DNA of 64,000 nucleotides from Rotaria socialis (Eukaryota): NCBI GenBank assembly GCA_905331295.1, contig CAJNYD010000242.1, positions 62,001 to 126,000 of the forward strand, read 5' to 3'. Shown piece by piece: positions 26,290 to 38,993 of this stretch (position 1 is its first letter; each line of letters starts with the position of its first letter). The notes under the pieces were generated by a model. It saw only the letters and a program-made list of their open reading frames with translations, ran no database searches and was not told where the DNA came from. The position numbers and the translations under genes were made by a program.

Positions 26290-26999
26290 TTCAGAGAATG
26301 AGTGAGTAGAAGCAAAAAGAAACAGAGCAGTAGAATTCAATCGTATTGCCAATAGATAAAAGGCGCTACAATCAATCATTCACACTATATATCTTCTCCC
26401 CGAGGTTTACACTCATTTATATTTCTATGTCAGATAGAATAGAAAAGTAAATGAACGGCAGAGGTACTAATAATACTGACTTTCATTCGCAGGTATTCTA
26501 TGCGATTAAGTGAGCAGAATGATGGACATTTAAAATCTGATTCCAAGTCAGCTTTACTTCTTTAGTTACCGTTGATTATTTTTTTATGAAGTTTTCTATG
26601 AGTTGAAACTCATTGAAACATGAATAGATATGCATAGTTATTCAGAATATCAGCTTTGATTTTTTTTTGTACACGATAGTTGCATTTAAATCTCTGCAGA
26701 CATCAATCTTAGTCGAAACTTGGAAGTTTCTTCGCTCGGTATTGTAATAGTTGTTTTTTATTGGTTGTTTTTCTACTAGCATTAAAAAACCAATATATAC
26801 GACACACAAAACATCGACATTTGAAAAAATATTCTTTTTTCTTTCAAATTCTTGCAATGGAAAATGTTATAAAATCTGTTACTACCAGCCAATGAATGTT
26901 ACTAATGCATTAAAATCCGTCAGGACGATGCCAATTAATGAGATTGCTTCGTAGTCTATCGCGAGTTCATTTTTCTTATTGAAATTTATTTTAAACCAT

Positions 27000-27830
27000 A
27001 AACAACTATGAGTTATGATCAAATTAAAAAGAACAAGACTGAGGAGAAAGAATGTTACGATTCTATATGATCAACATCCAGAGCACACTTGCATATAAAT
27101 CATATAAATAGAGCATATGCAGTCCGGCAATCTGTGTATAGAGCTCAGCGAAATGATGTACTAAAGAAGAGGTAGATGCTGGATATGATCAGAAATCAAG
27201 CGCTGACTCTCCGATATTGTCATTCACTCGTTCGGCATAGTCAGCCTCGAGAAAGTGTAATTTTTATAAACAATGTAAGATAAAATAGTACGATGGTACT
27301 TGATGGAAGAAGTTGATAAGCTATCAATTCAATACCAAATATAGAAAAGAGTAAAGATAAATTAAATGCGTTGCTACAAGGATAAAGAAAGTCGACTACA
27401 AAATAAGAAATGAAGATATATAAAAATAACGATCATTGCGTTAGATAGTGAAAACAAATTCGTATTCCTTTTCTATTGAACAAAAATTCGAGTGGAAAAA
27501 ATAGATAAATGTTGTCCAAATGATACTTCAGTGATATGAAACAAGCTAGAATAATAAGCAATTGAGTCAACATATGTTCCAATAATGCATCTTGTCATGT
27601 TCGATGAAGAACCATTTCCTGTATACAAATATGAAGAGTTATCGAGATTAATTATAAGCATAACCAAAATAACCTAAAAACTACGTCTTTTATTTTCAAA
27701 TCTTCAATGAAGAGAGAAATCAGTATTCAACAGTGACATAAAAAGTAAAAGACAATGTTTGGCATGTGTACATGACTGCATAGATAATCTTCGTATGTAT
27801 GCTTGGTTGGCAGGTGTTTCGTAGGTTAAT
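27000..27830 (-). pseudogene. Decayed multi-pass membrane (7TM receptor-like) gene
   Basis: Hydrophobic segments and a RCIIGTYVDSIAYYSSLFHITEVSF segment resembling TM3 of rhodopsin-family receptors, broken by many stops and frameshifts. Boundaries approximate. Confidence 0.3.
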
Positions 27831-28441
27831 GAAATGATCGTCGTGTTGAAAAAGTATTTCTGTGGCAATGGTGTTCATCGTTCAATCTAAAATATAGGAA
27901 TGATTTTTACAACGTTTAGGAGTGTGTGTGGGTGTCTCTCGGTGATTTTAGGAGTTTAGTGTCGCACTCTTTGTACATGAATCACATGTTATTTCGATTT
28001 CTATCAAAAATATGGAAACTGAAACTGTAAAGTGAGAAAAAGTTTCTTATACGAAACAAATGAATGAATAACTGCACCGCTTAATTAATGATCTGCAATG
28101 ATATACAAGACGGGAGTATTTCTTGCCCAGTTGAAGATGATTATAGGTGCTGTCCATCATCAATAATATACGATAGTTGTCACATCTGATTATTGAAGAG
28201 AAAAGTTACGCTCGAGATGATCTGGTTGATTCACAGTAGGAAAACTCACATTAACTAAACGACTCACGTTTTATCTTGAGGCATTTTAATCTAGAATACA
28301 CTTTAGAGATATTGTCCAATACTACTAAACTCTATTGATCAATGAAATTTAATGAATTCTCAAATCTTTTTCAATTTCACTACCGTGTTCGAAACATATT
28401 TAAGAGCGTAAGCAAAAGTAAAACTCATAAATATATATATA

Positions 28442-29719
28442 TCATTTACCATTCAATTTGTCAATTATGGCTTGTTCAATTGAAACAATCGGATCATTCC
28501 AATGTGCATTTATTTTAAGACTATTCAGTCTTTCTATCAATTCTTCGTTAACACCACGGTATTGAAAGTTCTGTGTTGAAAGTGCTTCTGGTCTATGGAA
28601 GCTTGTAACTCGTTCTCGTGACTGCATGACTTTTGTGTAGACACGCCGTAGCATTCGATCTTCATATTGACTGATTGCTGAATGTAAATCTTGACTGTTC
28701 TGTGCAATTATGTCAGCTAGTTCAACAGCATCCAGCAAGGCTTGATTGGCACCTTGACCTTTGAAAGGAGACATTGGATGAGCAGCATCGCCAACAAGTA
28801 CAATTTGAGTACCATTCAATTTGGGATCTGACATTGGTACTAGATCTCTGTCAAATGCTGGAATTCCCATGAGCAGATCTGGTTGTGTTCTTTCGATCAT
28901 TTCAGGTATTGGTGAATGCCAATCAGAACATTTTTTCAGAAGCATCTGCTTCAATGCCTCTGAATCTTGTGATAATTCAGTTGCTAAAGCTAAAGTCGTA
29001 GGAAAAGAAAGTTGCCACATAATGGATTGTTCTGGTTTAGATTTCGAAAATGGCATAGCAAAAAGTCGAAAGCACCCGTCCATCGTTTGAAATACACGAT
29101 CTTTTATAAGAAAATGATCAATATTTCCAGTAATTCCCAATACCACCAATATACCCAAGTAATTAAGCGGGGTATCTACAAGAGGATCATATTTGAAAGA
29201 ACGTACTAAGCCGTTGATTCCATCAGCTCCAATAACCAAATCAACATCATTTACTGTATGATCTTTGGCGAATGAAACTTTGCGTAAGACACGGTCAATC
29301 TGGATAATACGATAATCCCATTGGATACCTTGGGAACCAAGTGGATGTAATGAAATATATCTGTTCATGAGAATCCTTCGTAATTCCTGTCGTTCAATGT
29401 GTAAATTATGTTTCTTTCTGGCCTTGGGCTGATTGTCCTGTTCTGGCCAAAATACAGTTCCAAAAAAGCCGATCATACTTCCATATTTGTCAAAAATATA
29501 GTGTGATCGTGAAGGAGTGTCTAGCGAGTGTACTTGCTGAAATACTTCTAAGCGTTTCAACGCACTGATTCCTTGTAGAATTGTTAATCCATAGCCTTGA
29601 CGTCGACTGTCCATTCCTGTGTCTCGTTCGTACACTGTAACATCTGTGTATCCATGCTGTAGAAAACCGATTCCGACTGCAAATCCTCCCAATCCACCAC
29701 CAACGATCACGATTTTCAT
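28442..29719 (-). CDS. FAD-dependent monooxygenase
   Basis: Intronless; likely start MKIVIVGGGLGG at 29719 (ORF is open to 29872). Motifs VYERD, RRQGYGLT, DLVIGADG, LVGDAAHPMSPFKGQGANQALLDA. Confidence 0.92.
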   Translation of the reverse strand: MKIVIVGGGLGGFAVGIGFLQHGYTDVTVYERDTGMDSRRQGYGLTILQGISALKRLEVFQQVHSLDTPSRSHYIFDKYGSMIGFFGTVFWPEQDNQPKARKKHNLHIERQELRRILMNRYISLHPLGSQGIQWDYRIIQIDRVLRKVSFAKDHTVNDVDLVIGADGINGLVRSFKYDPLVDTPLNYLGILVVLGITGNIDHFLIKDRVFQTMDGCFRLFAMPFSKSKPEQSIMWQLSFPTTLALATELSQDSEALKQMLLKKCSDWHSPIPEMIERTQPDLLMGIPAFDRDLVPMSDPKLNGTQIVLVGDAAHPMSPFKGQGANQALLDAVELADIIAQNSQDLHSAISQYEDRMLRRVYTKVMQSRERVTSFHRPEALSTQNFQYRGVNEELIERLNSLKINAHWNDPIVSIEQAIIDKLNGK

Positions 29720-32478
29720 TACAAGGATATTGTGATCTAAACACAAACAAGAAAAACAATACTCCTGTTGCTTCCTTTTAGCTGTATGCGATGAATAAAA
29801 GAAACATGAAGAACTTTCAAATTCATCTTTTCTGGTATAATTTGAAGAAAGGTGCGAATACTCTAAACTCAATGAACGAAAATAAAGTCAACATAGATAG
29901 ATATGCTCATTATCATATTTTTCACTCGGAGTTTTATTTGAAATTTTGTAAATCAACTGTTGTCTTTTCCTAATTTGATACAATCCTTTTATGGGTCACG
30001 ATTTATACATTGATTTGATTCGATCACAGTTTAAACATCCTCTTATTAGTACAATATTTTTTTGTTGCGAATCAGTTTGTTCTTCAGATGACAAAAAAGC
30101 ACCACCCAACTTTTGTATATGCGAAAACAGAATTTTTAGCTATTATCAAGACTGGGATCGAGAGTGGAAAAAACAGTCTTTTTGTGGATCCCTAAATACT
30201 CCACACTCATCGCTCATATTTTAGAGTAATACAAAATTGTTGTGCTCTTTTTAGCGGTGTCACTCCCATAAATTAGACATTGGCAATCGAATTATTGATT
30301 CTGAGTTTTAATTAGTCAACGTATCAAACGAATGTACAACAGGTCAACGATTAAGAAAAAAAAGCGCACTACCATGTTCAATAGATGTCGTAGATCTTCA
30401 TACAACGGGCGCCGTAGATAGAAGTATTATCTCTGAAATTTGAAAGAAAAGGAACTTGGTTAATTGAAAACTAAAATAATTATAAGATCGAATAGATTTG
30501 TTATGCTAAATTATTGTTTCTCATATGATAAATGTCAAATGTTCTTTTCTCGAAAGAAACTCTATTAAACAAATTACAAAAAAGTAGGGGATTACATTTA
30601 TGATATATACGGATGGTATAAGAAATCCTGACAGTAAGTGCATGTTTTCTTGAGATAATGAGTTTTTTTTATAACTCTCACTACAAAACGGTACAAGGCA
30701 AGCAAAACGATAGACATCATGTTCACTATTTCGTTACTGTCTTTGTCTGCTATTGCATTGATATACGTTACATTGACCGACATTAGAGTTGAATTTTCTT
30801 TCTAGTGTTCACAAATCATAAGATAGATCGATAGGTTCTACCTTTGAGAAAAACAATAGACACATTATTCAGCAACGTATAACTGAGTCGTTTATCTTCA
30901 AGAAAAGAAAATCTTTGTAATCATTTTCGACTTGTTTATGTCTGTTCTAATCAATGATTTACATAAAACTAATATCATTTAGAGAAACAAGCATAGAGAT
31001 TTACTCATCGCAACAGAATCCGTTGGCATTTGTTCATAACTATTCACTTAAATAACGTTGGCATCACAACGTAGTTTTGAGAGACTTCATTCAATTCTTA
31101 AAAATATAGAATTTTTATCAAGTGTTTGTTTTTCAAAAAGTCTTCATAATGACAGAAATTGTAAATTTAACAATGTTCAGCTGAATAATTTGAATTTTGT
31201 GAACTACTATTACAACGGAATCATTTTTCGATCAGCAATACCCCATATATAAAAATCTATTGTTCTACACAATACACAGCTGGGTTTGATCTAACATTTA
31301 TATTGAAAAGTCTACAATATTTTGAATTTGTTTCTATAGATATTCTATAAACTAACAATATCACACTTTTGTTATTTATCGATCACCGATTTTAGTTTGA
31401 TCAAAAATGTGTATTCTATGCAATAATTTTAATTACATATCAGTCAGTTTTACGACATTGATGCATACAGAAGCATATATTTTACGTTTTCTGTCTAAAT
31501 CAGGAGTGTTTATTCCAACAGAACGAAGAAGAAAAAAACACCCAACGCATAAGAGTACACGACGAATGGAAACTGTTGCCATGTTGTAAATTTTACAATC
31601 GACTGTTTCAAAAACAAAAGTTGTTGGTAAAAAAAAACGGCAGACATAAATAAGTATTACATATATTAATCAAATAAAATTGACTAGAATCACTTCAATT
31701 TGGTAAGTACTTATTAGAAAGTTTTCGAAAATGTGACTGTAAATTTCAAGAGACCATTCTCTAGGAAAATTGGTGTTGCACCAAAACCTTTTTTTTGTCT
31801 CTCATCCATCTTGAAAAGGTTTCGCACGTGTATCCAGGTGACGAACTCTTATTAAAATTTCTTGGCTACTGTAGAGCTTTAAAACGTTGCGCATGGTTAC
31901 GATTGTAACAGTGCACATTTATAAATAGCAAAGACTCCGTATAAAACTGTAATGTTGTATGTTACGATAAGGGTTGAGTAATTCTCTATACCCACTTGCA
32001 TTCATATTCCTCAAAAGCACTTTTCTCAACTACGAAAATCGCATTCTATATCTCAATTTTTCTTTTGAACATTATTCTTTTAGAAATGAGCAGAAGAATG
32101 CTTAAAATACCCAAGGTAGAACAACCTCTGTCGTTTACGACCATTTACTGCAAGAAAAAGATCATTGACGATCCTTCTATACAGAATCCATATAGAATCT
32201 CCATTGGACTACGCATTTTTCCTGAAATGGTTGTATTTCCCTGTATATGATACGGCGATATACGATCGTAATACTGAACCATATATTATCCCCAAATATA
32301 ATCGTATAAGGAGACAAACAGAATGTAGATGACCGCTTACGATTATGTATGAATGCCTAAACCTCGGCCTAGGATCTAGTAAAATATTGAATTGGAAGAC
32401 ATTCAGCACAATACCGCGCTCCCATTGATAAGTCTATTGCTCTATCCAAATCATTTTAGAATTGCGTGTACTTTCATC

Positions 32479-33726
32479 ATGTGTTGGTGCCACTTGGCTT
32501 GTTGTTACAAAGCGTTGCCATTATACACAGCTGCTATATTATTTGTTGAGTTCATTTTGGTTATTGTACGCATAGCAATCTTTTTTTCGCCATCATCACA
32601 ATTAGTAACAAACAGTCAGGCTGTTGCTGGCTTTATTTTGGATTGGATTTCATCTCTTGCAGCAACATTATTGGGAATTTTAGTAGCTTTAACAATACTA
32701 ATAATTTTATTGGCAATATTAGCAGCATTATGCAGCAGCAGCAGCAGCAAGAATAGAGTACATTCGTACAATGAGGACTCAACATCCAACACTCTTAAAG
32801 ATCTTTGGAAAAATAAGCCATTACAACGTCTAATACAATTAAACTGTAATTGTCCATGTTATATTGCCCGACCTAAGGCGCGATTTATAGCACGATTGGT
32901 ATTTTTACTTGTCTGTTTCATTTTTCGAATTATCGCTATTGCTCTATACGCATCAGCAGGCAGTAATACTAATGGGGGCTCACTAGCTATTGTTTGTGCC
33001 ATTTCATTAGCATGCTTGGGTACAATATTTCTCATAGATTTATATCATTACGGTGTCTGGTGGCACTATAGACCGCAATGCGATACTAGATGTAGTTTAT
33101 TATCAAAGAAGCATAAAAGATACATTCCTTATCATTTGATAGGCGTCAATCGTACCATGCGTCTCGGCGACAAGCCTTGTCCTGATGGTTTCCAGTGTAG
33201 AAATCGTCTTTTAGAACACATTTTAATATTTCATTCGGATGATTTCAAGCCTCAAGAGCGCTATAGTCAGGTTCAACAAAAAAATCCAGATGATACTCTT
33301 TACATTGGCTTTCACCGGACTAAGCCTGAGGCAGCTGTCAGTATTGCCCACTCTGATTTTTCCATTAGTACCAATCCTCGAACTACGATGTTAGGTCAGG
33401 GAGTCTACTTTGCTCGATCGATGGCAGAAACCGAAGGTAAAGCGAACTCTGCTGGTGCTTATATATGTGCTGAAATTCAGATGGGTAGAGTAAAAAACGT
33501 GAGTCCAGGATCGGATATAAATGCTCTTCGAGGAACACGAGATTGGTGGGCAACATATGATACGGTGTATTATAATCATCCTAATGATAGTCGCGATGAA
33601 TTTTGTGTTAAAAGCCCGGATCAAATATTGCGCTGGGTGATGGTGGTCGACCCAGAATGCGACGAAAAAGTTCGAAATTATGGTCTGGACACTGAATTCG
33701 ATGACACAAAGTGTGGATGTATTTAG
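32479..33726 (+). CDS. Four-TM membrane protein with PBZ-like zinc finger and C-terminal PARP/Gig2-like (H-Y-E) ADP-ribosyltransferase domain
   Basis: Four hydrophobic segments; CPDGFQCRNRLLEHILIFH; GFHRT, MLGQGVYFARS and RDEFCV. First ATG 32479 follows an acceptor-like ttttag near 32459, so an upstream exon is possible. Confidence 0.8.
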   Translation: MCWCHLACCYKALPLYTAAILFVEFILVIVRIAIFFSPSSQLVTNSQAVAGFILDWISSLAATLLGILVALTILIILLAILAALCSSSSSKNRVHSYNEDSTSNTLKDLWKNKPLQRLIQLNCNCPCYIARPKARFIARLVFLLVCFIFRIIAIALYASAGSNTNGGSLAIVCAISLACLGTIFLIDLYHYGVWWHYRPQCDTRCSLLSKKHKRYIPYHLIGVNRTMRLGDKPCPDGFQCRNRLLEHILIFHSDDFKPQERYSQVQQKNPDDTLYIGFHRTKPEAAVSIAHSDFSISTNPRTTMLGQGVYFARSMAETEGKANSAGAYICAEIQMGRVKNVSPGSDINALRGTRDWWATYDTVYYNHPNDSRDEFCVKSPDQILRWVMVVDPECDEKVRNYGLDTEFDDTKCGCI

Positions 33727-34256
33727 AATCAAATAAGCCAATTAGTTTGCACTCTTTTTCTATTCGAGAACATTTTCTTTCTAAAATATTATTTTTTCGG
33801 TAATAGCAAATTTTTATATTGTAAGTAGGTGGGTACGTGTGATTTCTATTGAAAGAAAGATGAAAGTGTAGATTTTACACTGTAGAATCAAAATAATCCT
33901 ATCCCTAACATATTTGCAAGATAATAAATAAAAATAACATAAAACGAATACAAGATGAATATAATTATGTTGCAAGTAGACACGCAAGTATCATGAAATT
34001 CTATCAGTTAACACACGTCTCATCCACCAGTACCTAGATTGATCTTAACTAGTTCAAATACTAATTATGTTCTCATGTTCTTATTGATGATTAGTGATCA
34101 TATGAGGAGACTCATCATGAACAACAAAAGAAATTGCTCTTCTTTTACTATATTTTCTTGTAGCCGATACATAACAGAACGATAGAAAGAGAAAATAATT
34201 AATGAGCATTATTATGCATGATGATTGTGAGTTCAAAGCAGGTAAGCATGAGCATA

Positions 34257-35167
34257 CTAACAAGTGGGCCATAAAGAATGTCACCTTCAGTGTTTTTGGA
34301 ATATCTCGCTCAAATTGTGGCGTAGATACTTCAGTTTTTTTCCAAAAGGTAGTCCGTGCAATTCCCTACAAAACCTAGTGAAAAGAGCTGTTCGAACGAT
34401 CAACTATGGAAGTATATCCAGTCAACATTGCAATGCCACAAAATGGCGCACTTTCACAGCACTCGTGTTCATATTAACGATTTCGCGCCATTCTTTTGAC
34501 CCCATATAAACAGGCTTAATAGGCCATTTTGTAGCCCTTGAAAAGTTCTATTGGCTCAACGAATACCTTTTTTGACATATTCTTAATTTACTCGAACAAA
34601 ACCTTTTATTTGCTCCCCTCTGTTCACGTTATGAGAATTCTCCATTAAGTTTCATCACGATTTTAATTTTGTTATCATAAGTGGAAAATTATTACATATT
34701 CAAATTTAGTACTAGGTTGAAGGAAGACGTTTTCTCTGTCATATCGATACGAGCAGAATGGTGTAAAATAATTTGCTGCAGTGCTCGAGACGCATAATAA
34801 GAACGATCAATGATTCCAACACATTTTTTGTAGAAGAATGACCACTGAAACCATGCAATCGTATCTGGATACTTCTTTGAAGCTTTGTTAGAAAAAGTAC
34901 ACTCAAAAACACAGAGAACTTGCATTAGAATTGAGTTTCGTATCTAATTTTCTAAAAATGCGCATTTGAAAGTGCGCCATTTTGGGGCATTGCAATGTTG
35001 ACTGGATATACTTCCATAGTTAATCGTCCGAACAGCTCTTTTCACTAGGTTTTGTAGAGAATTGCCCGTGCTACCTTCTGGAAAAAAAACTGAAGTGCCT
35101 ACGCCACAATTTGAGCGCGATATTCCAATAACACTGAGGGTGACATTCTTTATGCCCCACCCGTTAG
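34257..35167. mobile_element. Non-autonomous Tc1/mariner-type element with about 200-bp TIRs
   Basis: 34257-34457 is the reverse complement of about 34967-35167. TA flanks both ends. No transposase ORF. Confidence 0.88.
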
Positions 35168-35737
35168 TAGGAGCACTCAACGAAAAAGATTACCAATTCA
35201 ACTTGAGCATATATTTACTGAAGGATTAAGTATATGATAAAATGAAATTTTTATAGAAAGATCGATTGAGAGATGAATATAGTGAACATGAATTCCTATA
35301 CATCTATGATCAGCATACACGCTCAAACTATTTATTGATCAAATTGATTTTTAAGTGAAAACTAGAAGATTAATTATTCACGTGCAGCCAAGAAAGAACA
35401 ATAGTCGATATCGCACAGCAGTAAAATATGAGAAAATACAGAATACATACAAGTAATTTTTATTTTCAATTAAGACTTAAGGAAAAAGATTCATAATAAA
35501 CGTCTCAAATGAAAACCAAAGATATATAAGTACATGAATACTCACCGACTCATGTTGGAATATTCTCATTGCAGATATATGACGATTACTTTATTTTTAT
35601 CTCCGCTAATATAATATTTTGAAATCGGCGAATAATATTTTTTCACCAACATTCATTTATCAGTGAACCTAGGTAAATATTTCTTGTCATCTAGCGTAAA
35701 TATTGCAGCATAAAAATTTGAAATATGTATATAAGCA

Positions 35738-36820
35738 ATGATAGCGTTAAAGAAGCAATCCACAACACTCATACGAAATCAGCAATGGGCCAAACTCAAT
35801 CAGTACAAAAACAGGACTCGTAACTTTCGTAATGTTTTATTAGTAGTAGAAAATGTTGCTATTATCCTATTTTATTATAGCGCAGCAATAAGAATTGACG
35901 CGGCAGCTCAAAATCAAAACAATAAACAAGTCACCAATGAGGATACTGATATCAAAGAATTTTTAGAAAATGGTACCAATCATATTATGGAAATAATCAA
36001 GCAGTGTATTGAAGATTCGAAAGAACTTCAAGATCATGAATATAAAACCGAATTCATTCAATTGTGTGACGTTGCTCAAATTGATTTGTATGATGCGCGG
36101 CTTGCTTTCATAAGTGCTACACAAAAGAAGATTAAAGAAGCGAAGGCGTATCCGGAAAATAATGCAGAACAACGAAAGCGCGTTCATCAAGAATGGCAAA
36201 ATATATTGGATAATACAGTAATTCAAGTTAACATGATTGTTAGACCTATAAAAGCGTTGATAGAAACTTTGCGAGAGATTGACAAGACATTGAAGAGAAA
36301 GCGTTGGTTGTGTCTATTCGCTGGTCTAACATCGGTATGTTTAGGATCTGTGATAGGTGGCATCTTGATCACACATCTTTTGCCAGCAGCTATAGTTACA
36401 TGGACTCTTTGTACTGCTACATGTGCTATAGCTCCATTCTTGACTTATATATTGGGAGGAGCTGCATTAATTTTATTAATTGCTGGAATATTTCTCGTAT
36501 ACAAAAGTATCCGTACCAAGAAAACTAGAGAGTATTTAAAATAAGCCTTAAATAAAATCAAGCTTTGGGTTCTCACATGTTTTCGGTCATTCACAGAAAT
36601 TTTTGAAAGCTTGAATGAAAAAATGACGGATGAAAAATTAAAGACAGCAACTACCGACGCGCTTCTTCACTGCAAATTAGACGAAGATGTTTGGCTTTCT
36701 AACGGACGATTGGAGTTATCCGAGGACATATTAGGAAACCTTCATGATCGTTTGGCATCGGAGAGGTCAGTTTTCATACAAAATTACAACAAAGAAAGCC
36801 AGAAGGGAACACATAATTAA
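35738..36820 (+). pseudogene. Helical/coiled-coil protein with hydrophobic hairpin; one in-frame TAA at 36542-36544
   Basis: ORFs 35738-36544 and 36611-36820 share a frame and the 66 nt between them is open (REYLK*ALNKIKLWVLTCFRSFTEIFESLNEK). 5' exon structure uncertain. Confidence 0.6.
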
Positions 36821-38993
36821 CTAGATGTTGTTAAGTATTTGCGATATCCGTTATTCTCTATCTGTGATGTTTTTACTTGCATCTATTGATTATTGAGCTT
36901 TTGTTTTCTAAGCTGATAGTCGAGAAGCTTTTTCCTATTTTTGGAGAGATTGTTGATTGAAATAAACGAAACTTGATTTTTTTTTTATTGAAAGCTTATC
37001 CTTTTCTGTTCATTGCCACAATTTTCAATATTGACAGAATTTCTATTTTAACTGCAACAAAAATATTCTGATTATATATTTTCATTTGTATTAAATTTAC
37101 TACGGTATAATAGTATAGGGAAACGACAGTTTCTATTATATAAATCAAATATCTGTTTTTAGTGATTTATGTTGAATTTTATTTTATTTATATGCATGCG
37201 GGTATGCAAGCTTAAAACAGCGTAAAAACATCAAACATGAATAAACACTGTTTCTCTTTTTTTCAGAAAAAAAACATTATTTAACTGTTTTCAATAATTC
37301 GAAAACATTCTTATATTTTGCTAACCCAACACATGTAACAAGAATATGTATATCATCTGGAATGTTTTAGCAGTTTTTCTGAAAGTTCTTTCAAGATTGT
37401 CGTAGTAGAATTCAGTGTCATGTGTATTTCTTATGGAGTTGAAGAAAATCCTATATACGTAAGTAGTTTTTGCAATCCAAAAGAATTCCTATATTTTCAC
37501 CAACTAGCGCTACGATCCCAGTCGTTAAGGAAATTTATTGTTTGATATAAAGGAACTACGGTTTGGTTGGACCTATACATGCTGCTATCTAATTGAATCA
37601 ATGAACTTTGCATCGGTCTTGAGCACATTTTTTTTAGTATTAACAGAAATATCCTTAGATCAATCATCTTTTTGACCTCTGTTACTTACTATTCTTATGA
37701 TTATCGATTACCGTTAACCAATTACATGGAGTTAGCAATATACTGACCCTTTTCACTATTCGTTACGTTTCTCTTTTAGTTTAAATAAAAAAAACTAGAA
37801 CTAAACAAAAAGCGTCCACAACAAATATAAATAGAAAGAGACAAAATGCATACCACATAAACGTTTGGTTCTTACGGTAAACGAAAATTTTTGTATCCTC
37901 ATGCTTGTAAAGGTGTTGAAAATCCCTTATAAAATACTCTTATTAAGATAATCTTTCGCGATTCTTCCATTATTTTCTTATATAACGTGAAAATACATCA
38001 TGTTTTATTTGTTATGATATCATGTGGTGATGGTCACTGTCTAATGGTTTACTTATTTTACGAAAAGACTGAGAGATCAACAGATCAGCGAGTTTCAAGT
38101 TTTCCTCCTACTGCAAGTGAATCCAGAGGAGAGAATTGAAAGAGTTGATTTCTGGATAACTGATCAGAGCAATATTTGGTACGTTCATCGATGCAATGTT
38201 GGACTTTCGTGTTCATTACACTCACTGAGAATATTTCCGAACATGAGAAAGTAATAAAAAGCCTCATCGTAATATGAATGATAGCGAGGCTTGATGCATC
38301 AATCAATTTGAAGACTATATTACTTTATTTAGGGTGTCTAAAATGAGTGACGGTTGTGAGTCATAATAGAAATCATATACGAATTGATCACTGATAGAAT
38401 AAAACTTATTTTTTTACGTGAAAGAAACTTCGATCTGACACACGAAGACTCAAATGCTTGATATGATTGTCCGTTGTAAAGCCGTTTAGATACTTACAGC
38501 CTGAAAGCACAGGCACTCGTAGGTCAGTGGATTTAGTAGCAACCAATTTTATAGCACTGTATATCTAGAGTAACAAATAGAAATTGAAACATATTCACCA
38601 TATGTTGATTAAGTTTCAAAGAGTTAGATATAAAAAATAAATTACATATTTCAAAAAGCAGATAAATATGATTTTACTTGAATAAACAGACAGAGATATA
38701 AATCGTCTAATAGCATCAGCATCGATTTATCATTATATGCACCCACAGTATAATTAATTGATCTGTTACAGTTTACTCTGATCGATAGCAAGAAGAGCAC
38801 ATCAATATCAATTTGTTTTCGAGATCATAATATGTCAGTATCATACTTAACTTTTTTTAAAGAACATTCGCAACATAGGGGCTAGATAATTAACTTGTTA
38901 ACTACAATAAACTATTTTATTATATATTATATATTAATGAAAATAAAATCATTTCTATGAATAAGAACACTCACTATCTCCTCTATTAACATG

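Noticed and set aside
4703..29872. Bacterial or fungal contamination as the source of the intronless enzyme genes
   Set aside because: They are interleaved with GPKOW and spliced ILK, look compositionally similar to their flanks, lack operon structure, and GH5 has a host-type intron.
32110..32373. Possible small MITE upstream of the TM-ART gene (cccaaggtagaa...ctcggcctagg)
   Set aside because: Terminal match is too weak and no TSD is evident.
34264..35180. Two similar ORFs on opposite strands (NSLQNLVKRAVRTINYGSISSQHCNA)
   Set aside because: They are translations of the two inverted arms of one non-autonomous transposon.
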